A stretch of DNA of 64,000 nt from positions 84,758 to 148,757 of the forward strand of contig NW_021833076.1 in assembly GCF_006345805.1 (NCBI RefSeq), read 5' to 3'. The notes beneath the pieces were generated by a model. That model was given only the letters and a program-made list of their open reading frames with translations, did not search any database and was not told the origin of the DNA. How positions within the stretch are numbered: the stretch's first letter is position 1; every line of letters begins with the position of its first letter. Position numbers and translations under genes: made by a program. Shown piece by piece: positions 1-14,093 of the stretch. Source of the stretch: Octopus sinensis. Its lineage: Eukaryota.

Positions 1-288
1 GATACTGAATGAAAAAAGTTGACTTGGATTAATAATTAAAATGTACATCTCGTCAATCCAGTATTGCCTGTATGTATAAAAAATTGGAAATAAACAAATA
101 TCCTTATGAACAGAATGGTATCGATGCGGTGTGCAATGAACAGCTATATAATAAAAGATAGTCCCAAGACGTGACTAATAGTCGGTAGTCTATCTTACCA
201 GTTATTAATTTATAAATTGGCTGGAAGACACCTCCAAATAGTAATGAACAGAATAGCAATTTATTGTCCAAATAACAACCCTGTAAAA

Positions 289-3200
289 CTAAATAAAATG
301 CGTATAAAAATTCATCATGACATGATAAAACCAATCCAAGTCCGTCAGGTCACAGACAACCGCAAGCCGACCTGACGTAAACAAATAGAAATACTCATTC
401 CATCTGTGACCGTAAGCTGTCGGACGAGCAAATATGAGAGAATCTCAACAGGATCGTCAGTGCAAAGACCAAATCGCTCGTCATAAGATCTAACTCAAAT
501 CCCAAACAATACTTTTTCACAGATTCCAAACAAATAAGGGCCTCTCCATATTTACCATTAACCAACAGAACTCCAATATTCTGATCAACTGAACATGTGT
601 ACTCATCCGTTCCCAAATGAATCAACGCTCGGCAAGTTTTCTGGAAATTGTCAACCATTTGGGAGACATCTACGAACTAGAAATATAAGGACAGTCCAAC
701 TCCTTCGATGACAGAAGACGCAGATTTAGCGAGGTTTTGATAGCTCTCAATAAGAAGCATCACGCTGTACAACAGACTGAGAAATAACTCGATTGTCAGT
801 TCATTGGAAGAAGACAGGCATGTGAGCACGGACTCGTAGTTTTCCTTAGATTTGTGCATTTGGATAATTCGAAACTGAAGTGCATTTGGAATGTATTCCT
901 AGCCATTAGCAGAAATATATACTTCCGAGAAATAACAACAAATGTACGGCCACCGGAACGTCGACGTATCAAACAAAGTAAGTAGTTGTTCTATTGTATA
1001 ATTGGAGGGTATACTCAGACTGTCGTTCATAACCACAAACACATTCATGGTCGACACTGATGCACTACACTGCATCGACTTGAGGAGACTAGTGAAGTAC
1101 TCAATCAGCCCGATCAGACTCTTCTACAACCAAATACCAATTCACCAACCCTAATCAATCGCCGGTAGAAGAAAAAAACATTATTCGTCCGCAAGTTGGG
1201 ATCCTCAATGCGGGTAATGGAGGAACGGGGCGAATTGCCTCGACTGCCAATTTGCTGAGGAATGTCCTCATCACTGAACTCGTTTATATTCACGTAGGAA
1301 ATGTCGATTTCATCAGATTGTGAAGACGTCTTTGATTGGCACTAAAGATGAGGGAACTCTGGCAACATCAGTCTCATCCTCGTTATTCTCGCAGGAATAA
1401 AAAATTGTTTGTGCCTGTTCTTCGCTCTCGAATTTATTCTACAAACTAAAAGACCAGACAAACATCGTCACCGTAGAGAAAACGGAATGCCTTAGAAATG
1501 CAATAGTTGGAACTTTCCGAAGTCGAGGACATCATTGTCCCATCTGAAAATGACGAAAATCACCAACTCTGCGAAGATATGGGATCTTCCACAAAAATAT
1601 GTTCAGAGTTGACCGTCGACATTTTTGTGCGCGGAAATCTCGGAGTCAGCCCCAAGCGAGTCAACAGAGTGAACAAGCTGTAGTAAAAATACTCCTAAAC
1701 AAGTGAAAAGGAATAAGCACACTGAAGAGTAAATAAAATCTGAGACCGGATAAGTCACAGAAAGGTTTTTAGACGAGTCAGTCCCCGATAGACTAAACTC
1801 GAGAATGCGACCTACAAACAGTGTTGTGTATAATTTACCAGGAAGAGAACAACCAATCTGTTGATCCAACCCCACAATGCTGAATACTCTCCTATAGGCT
1901 CTCCTGTATAGAATGTCGGTGGATTCAATGTCCATTAATTTGTCTTCGGGGAAATTGGAGGACTTGTCCACTACCAACTTCATCAAATTCATTGCCGTCG
2001 CAGAATTGGGAGACTGAATAAACATTGAAAGGGAAACATTTAATGCCACGGTGGCAGTCACACACAGCTGTTTCACCGCCACCTCACTATTAAGCACTCC
2101 TTCGTCCAATTCGACCAGGGAGATGAGAGTTTGAAGGGCAGAAAAAGAATACCCACATGTTTCTACAATCTATGGAGACTACACAATCCCACGACTAACA
2201 CGACAGACGAGCTGAACGCAGTCGGCCGAGGGAATGTGAAAGCAATCCTTTACATATTTTACGACGCATTGAATCCAAATTTTTGCACTCTTTTCAAATG
2301 TACGGGAAGAATATCGGCCCAAAACAGTCACCAAATTGTCACATCTCTTCCTCGATTTGACAATCTTCAAATGAGCCAAAAGAACACCTCAATGATTGAT
2401 GCAGCAGCCGACTGAGCAAATTGGTCAGGATCGTGGTAGTGCGACGCCATGTAGGGAATCAAAATTAAGATGACGAGGGCCACCACATCTCTCGATGGCT
2501 TATAGAAGAAGACCTCGGAATAAAAAGGAAATAATTCAAAGATCAAGCACCAAGCCAATGACTTGTTCTCTTTTTTTGAATAGAGTCCCTGCAAACATCG
2601 ATACAAGAAAAGAAACATATAGAAAGTGGGGGAGAATGCCTTCAAAGTCATCAGACTGTAATCCCGCCAATTTATTTCTGAATACGTCCATTTGCAGTTT
2701 CCCGAATAGGGTCACGACCAACGAGCACAGTTGTAATCCAAAGAAATACAAAACATCATTCGACAACATGAACGCCGACCCACATGCGAAAACAGTCGAA
2801 TATAATTCTTCCGGACACTCCACTTGGTGTTTATAACAATCAAATAGTTTCACAGAGGTGACAAACGTGGACATTAACTGTGAAAAGAATTGTCGCTTTT
2901 ATACTTAATGAATCAAAATAAACCTGAGCATCCTCGATGTTCTCCAAATCGACTCCCTCGACATAGTAAACCAACCTTTTGACAAATTCCATGCTGACGG
3001 GAATTCCCAGCGCCTCATATATCTACAGTGAATAGATTATCAACACACCTGCAACGACCGAATGGCAAAGTGGGAATCAGGCGAGGAAAAAACCAAGTCC
3101 ATACACAAGTGGGCCCATTTGGAATTCAAATCGGGCAAAATAGTACAGACTTGGAGAATATCGCAAACTAATGAAGACACCAAATCAGTAGAACAGACAC

Positions 3201-6200
3201 TCTCCAAACAATTACACCACGTCCAGCGTGGAGTACTGAAAATGTAAAAATACACGCACTCGGAAAATAGCATTCGCCTCAGTCTGTCCAATATTTTACT
3301 TGGTGAGTCACTCTCCGACACGGTAAATTGAGATCCATTGCCAAAGTGAAATCGAAAATAACTGGGACTCAGATGTGTGACAATTTTATGCAAAATAATC
3401 TTGCATTTTGGCAGTATCAAATCACGTGTCGAGTCAAGACCTAAGAATGAGGGGTCTGAAAATACCAAGAACTGCAACATGAAGAACGAGTGGCGCAATT
3501 TAGAGAAACTCGGCGTCTGTCGTGTGCATTATAATTTCCTCTGATATAAAGAGAGCAGAAAAACAGCTGAAATTGAGTGAATATAGAAACATGGGAAAAT
3601 CGCGAAGGGAAATGGATTCCACTGGGAAGTAGTCTTTTAAGTTCATAAACAAGGACGGGTTCACAGAGAATAGCTCATCTTGATTACCAAAATCGTCTTC
3701 AGGAGGCAAACTGGTCGACCCGTCTTTGATATAAAGGGAATCCTCTTTAAGGAAGGAATAGTATGGAATTGTCAGCGTTCGAGTGAATCTGCAGTTTGTG
3801 GGAGTTGGACTAATCAAGTCAAGTTGGACCTTCTGTAAGACGACGTGGGCAATGGGGGACTGGACTATCCACCGCATAATACAATTACTCTAAGAGTCCC
3901 CAATTGGCACTAACCACCAACATGAATTTATTTGGCATGACCATGGCCATCATTTTGAGATATTCATAAATCACTTCAAAGTTGTTGTGTACTGAACTCA
4001 GAGTTGACCACAGACAACCAACTTGAACAGCATATGAATCCATGAACTTACAACATAGAGTAGCACAATACCTTAACTGTGATGAACATGAGGTTATTAA
4101 GAACAAGGTCAGTAATTTGCACACCACGACTGCTCTCGCTAGTCCGGACCAATTGAATATTTGCGAGCCACGGCTGCAGGACTTGGAAAATTGCCAAAAG
4201 CACAGAGTGAGATGCGATCAAGATTTTAGCCGACAAATCTAAAACAGGCAAATAATATTTTATAACATAAAAACGAAATCAACCACTGACCTGAAAAAAT
4301 GTTAATTGAAAGATGATCAAAAATATGCGAAAACTGAGTGGACGGGGACTGGAAGTGTACTCCCTCGGAGGGAGCGAGGACATTGAACAAGTAATCAGGA
4401 AGATCGAGAGTGGAGAGCATCTTGTTTGATGACATCTCTAACAGTAATTGATGGGAGAGAGTGACGGCGTCGTGGATAGGAAAACAGGAAACAACCAGTG
4501 AAAATACAAATAACTCTATAAATAGAGAACGAGGCAAATGACTAGGAATATAATGATAAAACCAACCAGGCCAATGCAAAGGGTGCAAAGGATATGTAGT
4601 AGCGGGAAAACTCGTGGACTGGGGAACTATAGCAGTGACATATGATATAATGAATGTGCTGCGTATCACTTCTCAACAATCCTCCAAACAAATGGGAACA
4701 CAACATAGCCTACAATGAGGAGACGAAATAACATTATTTTCAGCGGCTTCGTATAGGCCAAAAAAATATCGACCACAGAACTCTTCTGCGTCGAGGAATG
4801 CGCCACAAGAGACCAACCGAATTATGGCGTCATCACACATTTTGACCAGACCGATGTCGCCACTAGGGATTGGAATCCTCGGTCTAGAACGAATATGGAT
4901 TATAATCTACGAAATAGATCCAATACTGTTTTCCACGTCACCACGTGACTTCCACTCTGAAATGAATTCAAACATGTCGAGTCGGACATTTGGAGGAATT
5001 AAGCTAGTTCGAATAGAGTCTATAGGGATTATATCCAGCAATGGGGACCAGGCAGTTGGTCCACAAAGAGCGAAAAAAAGGCTAGAAACAAAAACTTCTG
5101 TTCATACAATCCCGAATTATTCGAGTCGAAACAACAGAAGGCCGAATGCCAGTTAACCAGGAATTCAACGACAACGGAAATAAAGTCAGTTCTTCCAATG
5201 TGAATTCTAAAATATACTCATCTCGGGCAACCTTATTTTCATATAACCATTCCGACACAACTGGGTGAGAGTTCGAATCACATTTGAACAAATCAGCATT
5301 TTCCGTTTCCTTCGGGAACTCTTCTCAACTTTTTTGTCGACACACTCTCTCATAATGGGGGATAAGTCTGAAATAACGTCGCTGGGGTCATAAATGAGAC
5401 CAACTAGATGTTGTGCGCTGACAAATGGCCGAGAGACACGATTGCACATTCTGACATTTCAGGACTCTCCCCTCGAAGTGCTGATATGAATAGTCGCAGC
5501 ATTTGGAGACAGGACATTGTGCCCATGTTTACACTCGCAGAGCTTTCGGAGACGTCGGATTTATCCTTTAAGAACCTAGAATTGTAGAATGATGACCACT
5601 CGTAAGAGTCGTTCAACAATGTGCAGTAGATCACCGAAAAGCCCTGCCAAACGGACACGAAGGTACTCCCATACTTCCTTGTGACTAAACTACGGAATAA
5701 TGACGTCGTTTCTGTCCTTCTAAATACAAATTAGCAAATCACTTGTAGATGTTGGAAGAATGATTCGAATTGTTGTATAAAGCTACGAGACGCAAATGGA
5801 TGAGGTGGACTGCAGTTGAAAAGACAGGGGACTCTCTCGACTTGTGCAGAAGAATCGAGTGGAGGAGTTGAGAATATATCTGAATCCATAGACCGTGACC
5901 GTCCGCTATGGACTCGGAATAGTCATGTTTTTTGAACATGGACAAATCAGTGAAGAACTGACAAACTCTCCAAACCCAATTCAACTCGCCAGCACAAGGA
6001 TAAATCTCGGCCACCTGGAAAATCACGGAAATAATTACATTCGATACTCCTAAAAACTCGGATAGAAAACCCGGAAGTATATTCACCAACTCTTTGTCGA
6101 TTGCCGATTTCAGAGACATCTCGGAATGCTTACGGAATAAGGAGGTGAACTCTTACACAGGTCAACTCATCTGCGACAACCAGCAATTGACAGCCGAGGT

Positions 6201-8503
6201 GTTTGGACGAAGTCTCAGGGAGAGTTAGAAAAAAAAGAGCGGTGCCTTCAATCGAACTAATGAAACAAGTGTCCACTCCTGTGGCCTTTTCGACAAAGAA
6301 AATAAGCCTCCTGGCTAATGAATTATACATGTTGTAGTGGAATATGTCGACAGGGACATTGAAAATAATGCTCACAGATTCTACAAATAAGGAACACGAG
6401 GATACTCTCAATAACCAGGGGAATTGATTCTGGATAGTTCAAAACGATCGCCTGAAGAGACTCGAACGAGGTCCTATTCGATTAGACAGGAAAACTCACG
6501 CTTGCACTTCTGGGTCGAAATGGAAGCATAGGTTGGCCAGGAAATGAATGTAATCCGGATCAGGACCGAAGAATCGGGGAATTGCGGCAATACACGTCGA
6601 GAATAAGTTCATCCTCAATCCTTTCTCGGTCACATTTTCTCCTTCTTTAAGGGCAGGGTCCACCCGGGAGACGTGGAATGGCTGGCCGACGTGTTGATCA
6701 AGTAATTTGAGGATTATGGCGAAGGATCGGGTGATGGATGGAAGGAAAGGGGACAAGGCGGAGGCACTGTCGTCACTAAGTTTGCGTGTCTTGGTCAGTT
6801 TATTGCTCATCACTGCATTCAATCCCTTTGAATTGAAGCACATTGTGCCATGATTGGATTGTCCTCCCTCTGCGATAGAGAGGAATGCACATATCCCCAC
6901 GAGCATTCGCTGCAATGAGAATATGAGTGTACCTCCGGATATATATAACGAATATTCCTGTTCACGTGAAGAAGGTCGTAAATGATCTCAGTCACCGCGA
7001 ATTCAAGTTTGTCCTTAAAATATCACAACACCCAAACTTTGGCAATAAATTGGATTATTTTTACAAAAATGGCGATCGGACATTCCTTGGGGACAATGTT
7101 CTTCCCCCCGCGCGGGAAAATGGCGGAGGTGATAGACAAAAGTCGAGAACGCGTCGTCACGTTGTTTTCATAGTTAACCCGTGTGGTGTACACCCTAGCA
7201 TTGAGCACAAGCACGCGACACCATGTCAGTCTATATATGGCCTCCAGGGCAATCCTCCGCTTCTTCTGGTCCTTGTTTTTCAAATTCGAAAAGCAAATCG
7301 ACAAAAAGACCGGAAAGTTGGCAAGAAAAAACTCTTTGCAGCTCACTGATAAAAGGCATGCTGTAAGGGGGAAGAAGGACTTGATTGAACAAACAAAACA
7401 ACGTTGTTAAAGCAACTTTTTTTGGAGGCCAGATAAAGGCTGGGCTCGTATAGCAGCGACACGAACTTTTTGATGGCCGGCACGTTGGCACTGTTGTTGA
7501 TTTTCTAGAAATACTCAAACGGACTGACAGGAGCCATTTGAGAGAGCAAGTCCACAAACAAGGAAGAAATGGCATGGCGGATATTCCGGTCTTTGACTTT
7601 GATGAAATACTCCCCGATTTCGGTCAAAAAGTTAATTCCGTGGATGAACTCGTCGAGACATGTCAGCTACACGTGAGAATGACAGTCCCACCTTTATTCT
7701 AAAATGTTTGATGGCGTGAAACAGCGAAATCAAATTCTGGGCCACCAGAGGAGTCGATTCTGACGATTTCAGCTTGGAAAACTTTTCAGAGAATTTGATT
7801 CTGATAGTGTAGAGTCTGGTGTGTGAGAACTATGGGAGAACCGTGACTCGGAGACGACCCCCACGACCTCTGCAAACATTTCGAGGATGATATTGGCATC
7901 CTGAGTATCGAAGGGCATGCATCTGCCATGTTGAGGGGGGACTGACTCGTCGGAGTACTCAAAATGCCTGAATGCCTCGTCGACAACTTCATCGACAATC
8001 CGAGTGCAGCCGGGGTGGAGGGATAGCTTTATTGAGGACAGGACGAGTACCTGGGTGAGTACCTCGGTCAGAACAATGCAGTATATATATTTGGTCAAGT
8101 GCTGCAGGCGGTTAATAGGGAATGTACGTTGTGCTTTTCCACATTCTCGTCGATACTTGATTTAGAATAAATATGCATCACCCTGGCGTGGTCTCGATGA
8201 TTTCGGCTCGATACCACGACTGCAGAGACTTGAGCACGGAAGGCAGACAGTTTTTCGACAGGAGGGAAACACTGGACACCAACTTGGACACTCAACTGTT
8301 CGCACTTACCTTCATAAAATAGGAGTCTCCGTGAATGTTCATTGCCTTATTCACTGGGCAGTTCTGCGGGTCACATTTAAGTAGAATACATAGGACGACT
8401 TGAGAGCAGTGTATATTTTGAACGAACTCAGGTTTAGTAATTCGGAAAAAACGTGTCGGACGAGGCTTTCCCCGGGGTTCGTGTTGCTCGTTTTGTTACT
8501 CAT
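289..8503 (-). CDS. FRY: Protein furry homolog (FRY/FRYL; MOR2/TAO3 family scaffold), multi-exon with many tiny introns, apparently complete
   Basis: Spliced N-terminus MSNKTSNTNPGESLVRHVFSELL...LSKNCLPSVLKSLQSWY; KEFFLANFPVFLSICFSNLKNKDQKKRRIALEAIYRL...SRLLSITSAIFPRGGKNIVPKECPIAIFVKIIQFIAK; NLFSTCIAAIPR; C-terminal LLIESYQNL and GKYGEALICL segments align with furry. Introns 8364-8389 (26 nt), 8027-8050 (24 nt). Stop at 289-291 inferred. Confidence 0.9.
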
Positions 8504-8605
8504 TTTTACACACCACTATCAATCAAATTATAATCTTCTTTTAACTCTAGTACAGTTCTCAGAATAATATATTAATTAATTTGTGATTAAATTGTCAATT
8601 GAGGC
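8504..8605. promoter_or_regulatory. Probable bidirectional promoter between FRY (-) and MGME1-like (+)
   Basis: 102-bp AT-rich gap between two divergent ATGs. Confidence 0.5.
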
Positions 8606-9493
8606 ATGTTCAAGTCATCCAAAAAATGTGGACCACTGATAGCGCGATCGATATCACAAGACAATAAAATGTACGAAATCCATCACATGAAATATTACCA
8701 AGACTTGCTAGAGAAGCACAACCATGCCTCACCAATCAGGAAAATCCTTCGACACCCTCTCTACAACACGGACGACAAACCGTTGATTGAACGGATTAAC
8801 CAATTGGATATTCGTGGAAACGACAATAACCAAGACATGCCGCAAATATCGACTATTCTCGACTGGACAAGATCAGTGGAGTCGCACATTGCCCTCGAGA
8901 GGTGGGCAGCGTCCATCATCTCGAATGGCAGAGTTGATGGAGAGTGTCGACCCATCGAACGTGCAAGAATATTTAAAAACAATTTTGAAAAATACTTGCA
9001 ATCGGGGAAAGAGCCCGAGGTAGAGCAGGACTCTGTTCAGGGCCCTTTATGGAGGAGTTTGAGCTCCATTTTGGGTTCAATTTCGCAAAGTGGTTGTGTT
9101 GGCTGTGGAGTATGGCACCCCTTTCTCAACTATAGTGGGAAAGTGGACTGTCTCATCCAATTGAGGTGGCATGTGTATGAGTATAACTAGCAATCTTCTG
9201 TGGTATGTCGCCTGCGTGAAAATAGTATCAAGAAACCAAGAACTGTATGACATTCCAGTCAAACTCTCTGCAATCGCTGGAGCTATCAATTTCAGTCAGC
9301 AGTTTCCTTTTCAAGTTGTCAATTTGTTGTATAAAAGTGTTGCCGACTGATGGTCATTTGTGTTAATGTTTCCGGAGAACCAGCCACACTGCACGTGTTG
9401 GAGGACGACCAATGCCGGGCTTACTGGAATAACTACTTGTATCGTCTGGCTGCATTCAGACTAATGAGTCGGGACATTGTAGTAAACCAATAA
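8606..9493 (+). CDS. MGME1: MGME1-like mitochondrial genome maintenance exonuclease homolog with degenerate PD-(D/E)xK active site
   Basis: PQISTILDWT...LERW, HPFLNYSGKVDC, LYDIPVKLSAIAGAIN, GEPATLH...CRAYWNNYLYRL match MGME1 architecture. Introns 9166-9190 (25 nt) and 9315-9337 (23 nt) restore the frame. Confidence 0.75.
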
Positions 9494-9527
9494 AATCTTT
9501 GATTAATTTAAACATACGTAGAATAAA

Positions 9528-10247
9528 TTATATGAGGGACAAAAAGATAGGTCCACTTTTATGGATAAACAGATGGCCTTTCTCACAATGAATCGTGCAT
9601 ATCCTGTCTAAAAGAATTTTAGATCTTTGTGTTTGTGTCGCTGCGATATAGGATAGTTTAGAAAATGAACATTCAAAATTGATAAATGAATGGTTAGAAC
9701 TATTTTCTCCGTTATAGGATAGTCTCAACAGTACTAAGAATGCTCGGGGTGTTGTTAAAGACGCCCCTTCATGCTAAGTCGTGGAATTGACCACGAGGAT
9801 GAAACAGTCATGACCCGCATAAGTTGAGGAAAACGGCGATAGGAAAATCCTCGAGAAAGCAGAAGGCAGGTTGTGGATTTCCCGGAAAATCACTTTTCAA
9901 GGTAGACAATCTAAATTTTACCATTTGATTTTTGTTAATAAAATTAGAGTAACTGCGTGGGAAGGTTTCTTTAATGTCTATAGGGACAGTCCTTAAACCC
10001 GTCTGCAATGAATAAGGGAGTGGTCGTGTCCTGCATTAATTGTGACTATTTTATAAGCATCCTTGAAAGTGCACAAGAATTGACTAGGAGGAGTGTCACT
10101 AATATGGTAGAATAGTGTGCTGTGGATTTTGACGATTTTGTGTGGGTAGAGTTGAAATGACAGAATATCGACAACGTTAAGCAGGAAGGAAATATTTATA
10201 GCAAAAATATTACGTTTTTCGGAAAGGTCAGTTGTGTGACAATTCAC
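9528..10247 (-). CDS. Possible small unidentified multi-exon gene
   Basis: Three adjacent minus-strand ORFs filling the gap between MGME1-like and SYVN1; no recognised motif and no certain ATG. Confidence 0.25.
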
Positions 10248-10311
10248 TTTTCTAGTTTAATTTGTGTTTAAATTTGTGTAAATATATTATATTTGCATAT
10301 TTGTGACGTGG

Positions 10312-11781
10312 ATGGTTATTTCGAATGGCTATGTTCTGCTGTTCTCTCTATTGCTGACTGGAATGGATGTCTTGTATAGTTTCCACATAAATCGAGAATA
10401 CTACCCCTCCATTAATTATTTATTCACGTCCAAGCTCTCCCTCATGGTGCTCATTAGAGGAACTAAAATTGCAGATTATGGGATTTCAAGGTCTTGTAAT
10501 TCTGTACGAGATTGGGCAGCTGACTGTGAGGTTATTAGTGGGGAGACTGCTTAGCGCGGAGATAGAAGTATTGGTAGATGTGATAGTTCAGACTATCAAG
10601 GATAAGTTCTTTGTTTTCTGCATGGAGGTGGGACTGATGGTCTCCTTCTCCTCCATCCACCAGACTGAGAAGAACTACTCCATTTATGTCTTCCTGCTGG
10701 TCACCATCCTCCAATGCTTCCATTGGATCCTCGCCATCAAAATTGACTCGGTTGACTGTCGGGAGTGTTTGTAGATGCACCGAATGGCCAGAATATCCCC
10801 CTTATTCATGTTCCGCACTCTACTTTTAATTCTCATTCTTCTCTTCTGTGACTTGGCGAGTGTCATTCGGAGGGGACAGTTCTCGATATACTCCATCCTC
10901 TCCTTCGAGGTGGCCCTCATGACCATCGACCTCTTCAACTCGTCCTTTCGATTCTTCCTCTACTTGTACGACCACTTCAATGGGGACTCGGACTCCTCGG
11001 GGTGTCTCCTCTACGCGGACTGCTTCTTTGGTATCCTTCCACATTTACTCAGTCTCCCTCAAATTCATATGCAATTTGTTGTACTGCATCGGACTCGTCT
11101 ATTCCTCCTTCCTCCCTCTCCACTTGCTCAGGAGGACGTACATATTCTTCCAGTACTCGTCGTGCTAACTGGCAGCACGGCCTCTGTTCATTGGACCAAC
11201 ATCGTCAACTCCCGACATGTCATGGCCGTCCTGCAGCAGCCGTATTGGCAGTTGATTATTCCAGACAATTCGATGCCCTCCAAAGTGACTTGGAGAGGGA
11301 CGACATGTGCATCATTTGCAGGGAGCCCATGGTCCCCCTCGAAGCCAGGAAAATAATGTGTGGCCACGTTTTCCACATGCACTGTCTTCAACGGTGGCTC
11401 CAACAACAGCAGACATGTCCAATGTGTAGGGCGGACATCAAAATCCCCACTCCTCCAAGTCCTGTCCTCACTGATTTGGCCGGCCTTCACCCTTTTAGCG
11501 TGGGTCAGATGCCCCTCATCCCCGAAATGTTGAATGGACTGAGTGATGCCGAATTGTCAATGATCGAGTCCATGGAGAGGAGTGCTATTCTCCACCGAAT
11601 TGAGTGTCTGAGGGATATCAACAATCTGCTCAATGCCGCCGCTCTTCGCATGAACCAATACAATCTGTTGTTTCCCCCTTTAATGTGCAGAGTCGTGAAT
11701 GCCCCCCCAGACCAGACGGGCGGATTGACACAGGAAGAGATCCGGCAGAGGAGAGTTGATGCCATCAGACGGGGACTATAA
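10312..11781 (+). CDS. SYVN1: ERAD E3 ubiquitin ligase HRD1/synoviolin
   Basis: N-terminal TM segments (REYYPSINYLFTSK, LQCFHWIL), RING-H2 CIICREPM...CGHVFHMHCLQRWLQQQQTCPMCR, HAF-H segment LSDAELSMIESMERSAILHRIECLRDINNLLNAAALRMNQY, C-terminal EIRQRRV. Confidence 0.9.
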
Positions 11782-11898
11782 CACTTTTAAATATATAAAC
11801 ATATTCGGAATATATAACACTCTTGTTCTATAGGGTCTTAATAATTTATTTTCATTTGTGTAAAATTTAATCGGGTTGTGGTGGAATCGTGTTGTGTA

Positions 11899-12513
11899 AT
11901 GGGAAACGAGAATTGGTTCGAACACAATGTATTTACTTATATCTACCAAAGTATCAATCACTCAATGATGTCGGCCAACTCGAAAGGGGGCTTGATGACT
12001 TGAAATCAACTTTGATGAAAATCCTATACGAAAACATGCAGAATCAGAAAATTTCATCCCAATTGTTGAGTCAGGTAAACAAGGAAAGGAATATTTCAGC
12101 AACAACGACATGTAAAAAATATATACGAGGCAAATAATCGAATCAGGCCAGTTGCTATGCGGAATCTCTCCTCGTTGCTCCCTGAGTTCGCCGACAACCT
12201 GCGAAGCTTTCAATCTGAGTTTGGAGAAAAATTGAATTTAGAATTTCTGAAAGTGAGAATGAGGGGTGTACGACCTCCAACACATCTGTCAGTGTGGATG
12301 ATAATTTGTAGTGCAAAACCAGTCTAGACAACAGATACGAGGATGTCTGGTCCTCTAATATTCCTGGTATGGCGGAGGCCTAACCACGCAGAAACATCTT
12401 CCGCCACATCGATGAGCAGTTTCTACAATCAGTCGGATCAGTTCAGCACGTCACGCAAGGATACACTCAGGAATCTCCCTCCTGGTCGACCGCCTCGTCC
12501 TAACATTGATTAA
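11899..12513 (+). CDS. Hypothetical protein, multi-exon
   Basis: ATG 11899; removing 23-nt gtatttacttatatctaccaaag and 25-nt gtaaacaagg...tttcag gives an open frame MGNENWFEHNYQSLNDVGQLERGLDDLKSTLMKILYEN...; 3' exon structure uncertain. Confidence 0.45.
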
Positions 12514-12699
12514 TGGCCTCACTTTTCACACTAATAATTACGTCTACTCAATATGTGCTAGGGAACGTGTGTTCTATCGTGGCCTCTCTTCCAACCTGAT
12601 CGGAATTTGTTAATTTATCCTTCATTATCGGACAGATCAAGTTCTATAAAATTTCAATCTTTAAATATTTGTTTTCAAATAGAATATTGAATAAAAAGC

Positions 12700-13627
12700 A
12701 ACATGTTGGATGTGTTGACACATGATTGTGTCAATCTTTATTTTGAAATGAAAAACGAGGTTTTACAAAGTAATCTATAATTCCAAGGGAAAAATATTCA
12801 TCTACTTTCAATCGATTTTGTTAATATTTATTTTGCTAATGTGCCTTTCTGCTCGTTCTTCGTGCTGTTCGAGTATACGAGTATTGGCATAATTATTAGG
12901 CCATGTCAATCATTTGAACTTTGCAATTTTCGATTTCCTTTGGTTTGCTTATTAATTATAGAACAGTGTCTGCGTCAACATGGTCACCACCCTCTTTGTC
13001 AACAAAAAACCGAATAGATATTATAATCTGGGGTAATTTCACCTAAACATTCAGATGTGACCATTTTGATGTGCTTGCAGTTTTCGTGTCGGGGAATGTT
13101 TGCATTTTCGGCACATTTCTGGTATTGAAGAATATGTAAGCAAAGAGTAGTGTTATTCGTAGAGGAGAATACTCTTGTCAGATACAGGACAATCGAATGA
13201 TGTGTTTCCAGACTATCTCCTACTTGTTACATGTATGTTTGGTGAAATATGTGCCGGGCGGGGCGTTAAACCAGGCGAATTCGAGTGTAGAACTGAATAT
13301 AATCCAATCGCACATTTCAGTGCTCAGGTCTCTCTACTCCCCGACATAATTAGAACCACCAATCCAATATTTCTAATGCGCACATTATCTCTGGGATTTA
13401 CTTTATGTTCGTACATTTCGCAGTCTGCCCATGCGGACGTGATAACAGCACTCATTCTCTCATTCCTCACGTTTGCCACGATAGGCCCATTTGTCATCCA
13501 TTCGGGGAGAATATTGGCACACGTATGGATGTCTGCCTATTATGTAGGTTATACCTCCAGAATGCAAAGAACGAGTCGAGAATCTGACCAAAGAGTGCTC
13601 TACCCTCGACGGTGTTTTGGAAATTAG
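12700..13627 (+). CDS. Putative multi-pass membrane protein, unidentified
   Basis: Several hydrophobic open stretches (e.g. HADVITALILSFLTFATIGPFVIH) separated by short GT-AG segments; boundaries and strand uncertain. Confidence 0.3.
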
Positions 13628-14093
13628 GAATGAATATTTCTGGAATACATCATTTAGACAATCTGTACCTCTGTGGGTGGCTACATCCTAGGCTGCCTCT
13701 TGTCATGTCAGAATAAAAAATAATGCCGATAGTCAGGTCGTAATGGCCAGTCTCGCTTCGAGATTTAGTCAGTTGTTTGAGAATACTACTATCCAAACAT
13801 TTGTGGGTGATTACTGTGTGGAGAATACTGTCCACCACGGATGTCACTGCAGTCATTAATAATTGTGTTTATTTTTTAATTAAACACGTCTTTTGCAACG
13901 CTACAATTATATAGCACCTTGATGTTGTTTTATAAAGGGGAATGGACGCGTGTCAGGACGTGGATAGTTTCCAGAAATACAATTCAAAATAGAAAAACTA
14001 CGATTTTAAAGAAAAGTTGGGAAATTAAAGGTCTGTACAATAAACTAAATTAATATACAGTTAGATTAGATAAGAAAAAATAAAGAATCTGAG

